Part shown: in pieces, positions 1-5,025 of the stretch | Layout of the letters: each line of letters starts with the position of its first letter | Position numbering within the stretch: the stretch's first letter is position 1 | Assembly (NCBI GenBank): GCA_964551445.1 | Contig: CAZKCG010000014.1 | Span: 26,765 to 38,688 of the forward strand | Direction: 5' to 3' | From: an uncultured bacterium | GTDB lineage: Bacteria; Muiribacteriota; UBA9980 | DNA: 11,924 nt | The notes under the pieces: model-generated | What the model was told of the DNA's origin: nothing | The model's input: only the letters and a program-made list of their open reading frames with translations | The model's database searches: none | Translations under genes and position numbers: made by a program

Positions 1-211
1 GGGTCTGCCGTCTATCGCAGCTTCGGAGGTCGGGCCGTCGAATGGAGGTCTGCCGAATTTTGGCCGCGGTTCAAAAGTGTTCTCGGCCGAATTAGGCGGG
101 AAGTCGGGACGGTCGAATTTCGGTCTTTCAAAGCCGGGACGGTTGAACGGGGGTCTGCCGTCTATCGCAGCTTCGGAGGTCGGGCCGTCGAATGGAGGTC
201 TGCCGTCTATC
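1..211. repeat. Nested GC-rich direct-repeat block: a 55-bp perfect direct repeat (1-55 and 151-205) with degenerate sub-repeats (CGGGNCGG(T)CGAAT-like motif about 5 times, GGTCTGCCG 4 times, GGAGGTC 3 times). It is truncated by the window start.
   Basis: Positions 1-55 and 151-205 are identical, and GGTCTGCCGTCTATC recurs at 196-211. Related 15-18-mers occur at 30-46, 81-93, 103-120, 133-150 and 180-196. The local GC content is well above that of the flanking sequence. Confidence 0.8.
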
Positions 212-483
212 ATTATTTCAGGTGAATCAGCGGGGAAATTCGGGTTTGTAAAAATACTTTTATCGGAAGGCCTGTCCATCGGCCTGTCTTTTATTTCAGG
301 CGTTGACCCGTCGGCGGCGAACGCGGCGCCTGTAAAAAGCAAAGATAAGACAAAAACAATTATAAAGAAAAGTAACGGGAACTTTTGGACATTTTCAGTT
401 CTTGAGATCTCGAGCATAAAACTCCCCCTTTTAATTTTTCAATAGAACGACCGGTTGACATAAAATATAATATCTTAAAATAG

Positions 484-1119
484 TTATTTGTCCACATCTT
501 CTTTTTCGATGCGTTTTATAACCTCGTTGGTAAGTTCGCGGTGTTTTTCATAATGTTGCATATACTTACTGGTATCGCCTTTAATATAATAGCAAAGTCC
601 GAGTTTTTTATGGCCTTCAGCCATTACTTCATCATTTTGTGAATTTCGGTTCATGATATTTCCAAGTTCGACGATTATATCGTCAACTCTGTTTTCCTTC
701 ACAAGCGGTTTCAACGAACCGAATTTTCCGGTCTCATCCTCTAACAAAGAGCTTGCCGAACCTACATTTGCGCTTCCTTTGGCGAAACTGCGCTGCGTCT
801 CTTTCTGTTCGCGGGAGAGTTCGATCATCTTCTGCTTATATTCGTTAGAGGAAACGATCTTGGATTCTTCGAGATATATCTCAAAAGCGCTTTTAAAATA
901 ATCAAGGCTGATTTTAGAAGAGTTTTGAACCGTTTGAACCGCCTTCGTCGCATTTGTTTTAGTGCCCGCGCAGGAACAGGAACAAGATTCGAGAAAAAGA
1001 GCTGAAAAAAGCATTATGAAAAGAAAAGCCAGCCTTAACTGATCTTTTTGAAGCGCCGAAATTAAATTATCGTTATTGATACCATTATTATTTTTCATAT
1101 TAATAGTCCATATTGTCAT
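484..1119 (-). CDS. Putative secreted or lipoprotein-like protein with a C-terminal helical (TPR-like?) region. Last gene of the pseudopilin operon. Start is uncertain (TTG 1122, ATG 1119 or ATG 1098).
   Basis: 212-aa ORF. The N-terminal hydrophobic segment LAFLFIMLFSALFLESCSCSC resembles a signal peptide with a possible atypical lipobox Cys. The start overlaps or abuts the upstream gene's stop (stop TAA 1102-1100, ATG 1098 one nt later), which fits translational coupling. Confidence 0.5.
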   Translation of the reverse strand: MTIWTINMKNNNGINNDNLISALQKDQLRLAFLFIMLFSALFLESCSCSCAGTKTNATKAVQTVQNSSKISLDYFKSAFEIYLEESKIVSSNEYKQKMIELSREQKETQRSFAKGSANVGSASSLLEDETGKFGSLKPLVKENRVDDIIVELGNIMNRNSQNDEVMAEGHKKLGLCYYIKGDTSKYMQHYEKHRELTNEVIKRIEKEDVDK

Positions 1120-1672
1120 CAACCCATGAGAAAAAACCTTTATATCTGGCTGATTGAAATAGATAACGGGGGTAAACTTTAGTTAAAAGCGTAGTGTTGA
1201 CCTTGTCGTACTTCTGGCGTTCGACGATCACTTCTACCTCGGCTTCAATTTTTACCGCGACATATTCCGGCTTAATAAAGATCTTGAGATCTTTCACGTT
1301 TTTAGCGATAACTTCTTTTTTTGATGTGGTTTTATTAGAATAACTTAACTTGTCGCCGTCCAGATAATATTCCACGGATTCGGTATTAGCCGCTCCAAGA
1401 CCTGTATTAGGAAATCCGACCGTAGGCTTCCCGCGGAAATATTTAATGGTCAGCTTCGAATCTTTATATTCGACGGAATGCGCGCCGCGCAGATCCTTGC
1501 TTATTCGCTGAAGCGCCATTCTGGCGTCCTGCTGCTGGTCTATGTTGATATCGTCAGTCATTATACGCGGGACCTGAGTTCCGAAAAGATAATAAACCGT
1601 GGCCATCATTATTATAAGCGCGACGGTCGATATTATCATTTCTATGAGGGTGAATCCTTTTTTATTAATCAT
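1100..1672 (-). CDS. Prepilin-type N-terminal cleavage/methylation domain protein (type IV pilin or T2SS pseudopilin).
   Basis: 190-aa ORF beginning MINKKGFTLIEMIISTVALIIMMATVYYLFG. This is the canonical class III signal (short basic leader, G|FTLIE with Glu+5, then a hydrophobic helix). It overlaps the upstream gene by 8 nt (1665-1672). Confidence 0.8.
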   Translation of the reverse strand: MINKKGFTLIEMIISTVALIIMMATVYYLFGTQVPRIMTDDINIDQQQDARMALQRISKDLRGAHSVEYKDSKLTIKYFRGKPTVGFPNTGLGAANTESVEYYLDGDKLSYSNKTTSKKEVIAKNVKDLKIFIKPEYVAVKIEAEVEVIVERQKYDKVNTTLLTKVYPRYLFQSARYKGFFSWVDDNMDY

Positions 1673-2165
1673 TGGGATTCTCCTTTGAAATATAAGTTAC
1701 AAGCCTTATAGCGCTGTGCGTTATCGGCCGCCTCATATCGTCGAGTTCTTCCCATTTAATATTAACCGCGACCTCTTTTATATTCGGGTTTTTGGCCGGA
1801 AGCTCCTTGCCGTCGCGGACTATTATCTGTTTTTTAAAATATTTATAATTTTCTGGATATGCTATCTTTTCTTTGTCATCCGATATCCATTCGCCCTCGA
1901 ACCCGTCCCATGCCGTCGGAAGCATGGACGAGACCTCGGCGAACTTTTTCGCCTTGACCTCTTCCATCGTTTGAAGCGCCAGATTTAAGGCGGTCAGGGC
2001 ATTCTTCGACTTGATCGTCGCGTCGGTCGTAAATAAAAATATCTTCAAGATCGCTGGCGTCAAAACACTTAAGATCGCCAGAAAAATAAGGACGAATGCA
2101 AGCGTGTTGCCCTTTTCGAACAGGGAAATATTAAATTTTCTGAAATTTTTCTGGCCGTTTCCCAT
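1665..2165 (-). CDS. Bitopic pseudopilin-like or pilus-assembly (GspM/PilO-like) membrane protein. Its class III signal is degenerate and lacks Glu+5.
   Basis: 166-aa ORF. A 19-aa basic N-terminus ends in KG, followed by NTLAFVLIFLAILSVLTPAILKIF (a single TM helix). The ATG at 2165 lies 3 nt after the upstream gene's TAA (2171-2169). AAAGG sits about 10 nt upstream. Confidence 0.5.
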   Translation of the reverse strand: MGNGQKNFRKFNISLFEKGNTLAFVLIFLAILSVLTPAILKIFLFTTDATIKSKNALTALNLALQTMEEVKAKKFAEVSSMLPTAWDGFEGEWISDDKEKIAYPENYKYFKKQIIVRDGKELPAKNPNIKEVAVNIKWEELDDMRRPITHSAIRLVTYISKENPND

Positions 2166-2168
2166 AAA

Positions 2169-3905
2169 TTACTTGCCTTTCTTCTCTTCGAACCATGAAG
2201 AATATATAGGGCTCATGCTGACGACGTATTGTTCATTTTTACGATCATCCAGACGCTTCTGGTAGTTGATGTCCAGATGCGCGTAAAACTTCGCCGGATT
2301 AAGATTTTCAACCGCCAGGTTTCCGAAAATCTTAAAGGAGCTGGTCACGCTGACCCCGCTGTTATTGGTCGTCGTAAAAAATTGAAGGCCGTTAAAGGTG
2401 AAAACGTTAGCGTAAACGTTAAATGTTTGAACTCCCGTGTTGTCGTTCTTTTTATGCCACTTGTACATGAGAGGATTCACCGATTTAGGGTATAGTATAA
2501 GGCTTAAATTCGAAGGGCCTTTATCGGTTTTCGGGTCTTTTTTTAAATTCACGTTGTTGTTTATGCACATCGCGTTATCGGAAAATATGACGCCGCGGCC
2601 TTTATAATTAAATTCCTGCGCCTCCGTTCCGAGCTCGGCCTTGTTGGTGAATAAGATCCCGTTGATAAGGAATGAATCGCCGTTTTCGAATATCTTCATA
2701 TCGTTATATTTAAGCTCGGGCGAAAAATACAGCGCTCTCATTTTATAGTGATTAGCGTCGAAAGAGGCCGTCTTCATAGGAAGATCAGGTTCGAGTTTAA
2801 AAAAACCTCCGGCCGGAGTGTAGGGTTCGACTATCCGTTCAGGTATCGGAAGCAGATTATATGAATAGGTCGGCGAGGTCGAGGGCGGCACGGGAGGGTA
2901 AACATTACAATCTATGGTGTATTTGCCGTAGACCTTTTGAACGAAGCCGTAAAGTTTTTCGGGCAGGCTTATGTTCGAACCGATTCCGGTTAAATTGTGC
3001 TTTCCGAATAATCTTACGCGGCCCTTATGTTCTTTGTCCTTAACGGCGCTTCCATCCGAACCGTCCGATTTTCTTTTGAATTCGCCATAAACATAAGTAT
3101 AGGGGATCGCGGTCGGGACCGGAACAGGCGGAATTGGAGTACACCATTTCAGAGGCAGAGGCAGGGGGCTTGTGGACAGCGGATTCGGAGGCGAGAGCCA
3201 CCCGTAGCGGTCTCCGATGTAAGCTGAAACCGGGTGAGTGCTGTCGCTCGCGATCCTTATGCTGCCTGATTTGTCTGATTGTTTATCGCGGTTCAGACAG
3301 GTTATTATCGGCCCGTCGTTTATCTCGAATTCCTTCATATAGGCGTTCGTGTACAGCGTGAAATCCTGCGCGGGCGGAGTTATGTTGACGACCTTTATAT
3401 CTCGCGTTATCTTAAGGGTCATGTCGACGTCGTAATAACTCATCTGGCATGTGAAAACGAGCGTCCCGGCTTTTTCTTTCTTGTCTGGCGATCCGGGAAA
3501 ACCGACCACGTCGACAAAATCCATGGTAAGCCTTCCGAATTTGGAACCGGGCATCTCGCTTATCAAAAAATCCACGTTCTTTCGGATATCGGGATATTTA
3601 TCGTAAAGATTGACGACTCTTATGGTTGTGCTATTATCGATAAAATCTGTTTTTAATTTAGGATCTTCATTTATTTTAGTGTTCATATATTCCATAGCGA
3701 GATTTAACACGCCCTCCGCAAGATATGAAACCACGTTCTGCCTGTGTATGCGGAAGGTCTGCGTATGTCCTGATGAGCTTCTCGATATCATTGAGTAACC
3801 TAAAACGATCATGAAAAGAACGAAAGGCAGCAGCATCAGGACCACGTTGCCAGCCCGTCTTCCATTTATTCGCATCAAAGCTTTTTTTACGCCGGATATT
3901 ATCAT
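2169..3905 (-). CDS. Large bitopic membrane protein with two proline-rich linkers. Candidate GspK/PilX/PilY1-like minor pseudopilin or tip-associated protein. First gene of the operon.
   Basis: The six-frame ORF runs to 3950, but that start overlaps the predicted -10 element. The first in-frame ATG downstream of the predicted transcription start is at 3905 (AAAGG 8 nt upstream), giving 578 aa. The N-terminus MIISGVKKALMRINGRRAGNVVLMLLPFVLFMIVLGYSMI is a basic stretch followed by one TM helix. The proline-rich segments are SPPNPLSTSPLPLPLKWCTPIPPVPVPTAIP and YPPVPPSTSPTYSYNLLPIP. Confidence 0.5.
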   Translation of the reverse strand: MIISGVKKALMRINGRRAGNVVLMLLPFVLFMIVLGYSMISRSSSGHTQTFRIHRQNVVSYLAEGVLNLAMEYMNTKINEDPKLKTDFIDNSTTIRVVNLYDKYPDIRKNVDFLISEMPGSKFGRLTMDFVDVVGFPGSPDKKEKAGTLVFTCQMSYYDVDMTLKITRDIKVVNITPPAQDFTLYTNAYMKEFEINDGPIITCLNRDKQSDKSGSIRIASDSTHPVSAYIGDRYGWLSPPNPLSTSPLPLPLKWCTPIPPVPVPTAIPYTYVYGEFKRKSDGSDGSAVKDKEHKGRVRLFGKHNLTGIGSNISLPEKLYGFVQKVYGKYTIDCNVYPPVPPSTSPTYSYNLLPIPERIVEPYTPAGGFFKLEPDLPMKTASFDANHYKMRALYFSPELKYNDMKIFENGDSFLINGILFTNKAELGTEAQEFNYKGRGVIFSDNAMCINNNVNLKKDPKTDKGPSNLSLILYPKSVNPLMYKWHKKNDNTGVQTFNVYANVFTFNGLQFFTTTNNSGVSVTSSFKIFGNLAVENLNPAKFYAHLDINYQKRLDDRKNEQYVVSMSPIYSSWFEEKKGK

Positions 3906-3940
3906 AGATAAACCTTTTTCATTTTTTATTACTTCACATA

Positions 3941-3969
3941 ATTTTATCAAAATATTGCAATAATGTCAA
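3941..3969 (-). promoter_or_regulatory. Sigma70-type promoter for the minus-strand pseudopilin operon (TTGACA-17 bp-TGaTAAAAT on the minus strand).
   Basis: Plus-strand tgtcaa at 3964-3969 reads TTGACA on the minus strand. Plus-strand atttta at 3941-3946 reads TAAAAT, with TGa immediately upstream (extended -10). The spacer is 17 bp. The predicted transcription start is near 3934. Confidence 0.55.
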
Positions 3970-4080
3970 TTTATCATTCAAAAACGGCCCCATAAAAACC
4001 GTTTCTGAAATAAAAGCCGCGGCGGCTGAAAAAATTTTCAAACAAAATCAAAGTCGAACCCTGAAAAAAGATAAAAAAGC

Positions 4081-4109
4081 TTGAAAAAAGCTCCTGAAAT
4101 TGTTATAAT
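4081..4109 (+). promoter_or_regulatory. Sigma70-type promoter with extended -10 (TTGAAA-17 bp-TGtTATAAT) immediately upstream of trmL. It implies a leaderless or near-leaderless mRNA.
   Basis: TTGAAA is at 4081-4086 and TGTTATAAT at 4101-4109. The predicted transcription start is about 4116, and the trmL ATGs are at 4119 and 4125. Phased A-tracts (CTGAAA repeats) lie upstream at 4006-4100. Confidence 0.55.
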
Positions 4110-4118
4110 CTGGGTATT

Positions 4119-4667
4119 ATGGATATGGAAAAACCTAAAAACGCCCCTGACGCGCCTTCGCCCGATGAAAAACTCTTTCAGACGGGGCTGCGCGTCGTTT
4201 TAATAGAGCCTGAAATAGCTCCCAACGCCGGAAATATATCGCGCCTGTGCTACGCGTCCAATCTCACGCTTCACATAGTCGGAAAGCCCGGATTCGAGAT
4301 CACCACCGACAAACATTTCAGGCGCGCCGCAGTTGACTACTGGGACAAGGTCGAAATTATAAGCCACGAAAATTTCGAGACATTCGCCGAATACGCCCGC
4401 AAAGCTTCTGATACGCCGCCGCGCTTTATAATGGCGACCAAGCGCGGAAAATATCTTCATTACGATTTCCAGTATGAAAAAGGCGACTATATCGTCTTCG
4501 GCCCCGAAAGCCGCGGCATCCCGAAAGACATCCTCAAACGATACGAGGAGACATGCGTGCGCATCCCGCTAAACAGCAAGGTCAGATCGCTCAACCTTTC
4601 GACCTCATGCGGTATAATCGTCCACAACGCCATTCACAGCGTCAATAAAAAATGCGGTCTGGCGTGA
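4119..4667 (+). CDS. trmL: tRNA (cytidine(34)/5-carboxymethylaminomethyluridine(34)-2'-O)-methyltransferase TrmL (SpoU/TrmH family).
   Basis: The 182-aa ORF has motifs LIEPEIAPNAGNISRLC, DYIVFGPESRGIP and RIPLNSKVRSLNLSTSCGIIV that align with E. coli TrmL (VLYEPEIPPNTGNIIRLC, DYLMFGPETRGLP, RIPMVPDSRSMNLSNAVSVVV). About 20 extra N-terminal residues are present. Confidence 0.9.
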   Translation: MDMEKPKNAPDAPSPDEKLFQTGLRVVLIEPEIAPNAGNISRLCYASNLTLHIVGKPGFEITTDKHFRRAAVDYWDKVEIISHENFETFAEYARKASDTPPRFIMATKRGKYLHYDFQYEKGDYIVFGPESRGIPKDILKRYEETCVRIPLNSKVRSLNLSTSCGIIVHNAIHSVNKKCGLA

Positions 4668-4706
4668 AAAGTCGAACGCCGCGTAAAATAAATTCGCGGC
4701 AGATTA

Positions 4707-4735
4707 TTGACATATATAAAAACATATGATATAAT
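4707..4735 (+). promoter_or_regulatory. Consensus sigma70 promoter for tRNA-Leu (TTGACA-17 bp-TGaTATAAT).
   Basis: TTGACA is at 4707-4712, the spacer is 17 bp, and TGATATAAT is at 4727-4735. The predicted transcription start is about 4742, with the tRNA 5' end at 4749. AT-rich sequence lies upstream. Confidence 0.7.
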
Positions 4736-4748
4736 CACAATCGTTATT

Positions 4749-4832
4749 GCCGGAGTGGTGAAATTGGCAGACGCGGTGGACTCAAAATCCACTGAGGGCA
4801 ACCTCGTTCCGGTTCAAGTCCGGACTTCGGCA
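4749..4832 (+). tRNA. tRNA-Leu (anticodon CAA), a class II tRNA with a long variable arm. The 3' CCA is not encoded.
   Basis: The 84-nt sequence is GCCGGAG...CTTCGGCA. The acceptor stem has 7 bp including one G-U pair. The anticodon loop is CTCAAAA in a GTGGA/TCCAC stem. The T-arm is CCGG-TTCAAGT-CCGG, and the variable arm GAGGGCAACCTCG is long, typical of Leu. Confidence 0.93.
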
Positions 4833-4844
4833 TTTCATTAGGAT

Positions 4845-4917
4845 CGCCAGTTTTTAGCAGAGCGGTATTACCTTAGCGTAGTACGAAACGTTGCACAGGC
4901 TAAAGACTGGCGTTTTT
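4845..4917 (+). terminator. Stem-loop with a 14-bp stem (one G-U pair), a 40-nt loop and a U5 tract. Candidate intrinsic terminator for tRNA-Leu, or a small structured RNA.
   Basis: CGCCAGTTTTTAGC (4845-4858) pairs with GCTAAAGACTGGCG (4899-4912), followed by TTTTT at 4913-4917. Confidence 0.5.
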
Positions 4918-5025
4918 AATTTAAAAGAACCTGGACCAACCGGCGTTCTCTGGAAAATTTCCTGATTTTTCCCTGATATTAGAGGACTTTTGAGAATATA
5001 TAGATAAGATTAACCGGGGGTATGT

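Noticed and set aside
1-211. Possible CRISPR array.
   Set aside because: Only two perfect 55-bp copies are present, with irregular nested sub-repeats and a 95-bp 'spacer' that itself contains repeat-related motifs. There is no regular repeat-spacer periodicity and no cas genes are in the window.
404-414. GAGATCTCGAG, which contains adjacent BglII (AGATCT) and XhoI (CTCGAG) sites and resembles a vector polylinker fragment.
   Set aside because: The match to common multiple-cloning-site sequence is only about 11 nt and diverges immediately. An overlapping 8-bp and 6-bp palindrome of this size is plausible by chance, so there is no real evidence of vector contamination.
77-445. A 122-aa plus-strand ORF spanning the GC-rich repeat block.
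   Set aside because: Its repetitive amino-acid sequence (GGLPSIAASEVGPSNGGLPSI twice) is a direct consequence of the DNA repeat. It has no ribosome-binding site, and its codon usage is GC-rich unlike every confident gene here. It lies downstream of and antiparallel to the operon. I treat it as a spurious ORF over non-coding repeats.
3906-3950. The six-frame ORF start (MIKLCEVIKNEKGLS...) for the large minus-strand gene.
   Set aside because: These codons overlap the predicted -10 element and the transcription start of the operon's own promoter. The first ATG downstream of the predicted transcription start (3905) has an AAAGG Shine-Dalgarno sequence and begins just before the basic-then-TM N-terminus.
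4680-4700. Hairpin GCCGCG-TAAAATAAATTC-CGCGGC after the trmL stop, as a possible terminator.
   Set aside because: It has only a 6-bp stem with a 12-nt loop and no U-tract, and it sits directly in the AT-rich upstream region of the tRNA promoter. Any termination function is unsupported. It may at most be a weak attenuator or UP-element context.
5022-5024. An ATG 4 nt upstream of the annotated transglycosylase start, in a different frame.
   Set aside because: That frame terminates after 25 codons (MYESMQKFQSFNFNFIAFLLLSLRS), whereas the frame starting at 5026 continues into the signal peptide and SLT domain. The GGGGG ribosome-binding-site spacing fits either start, but the frame beginning at 5026 is the only one that continues into the full protein.
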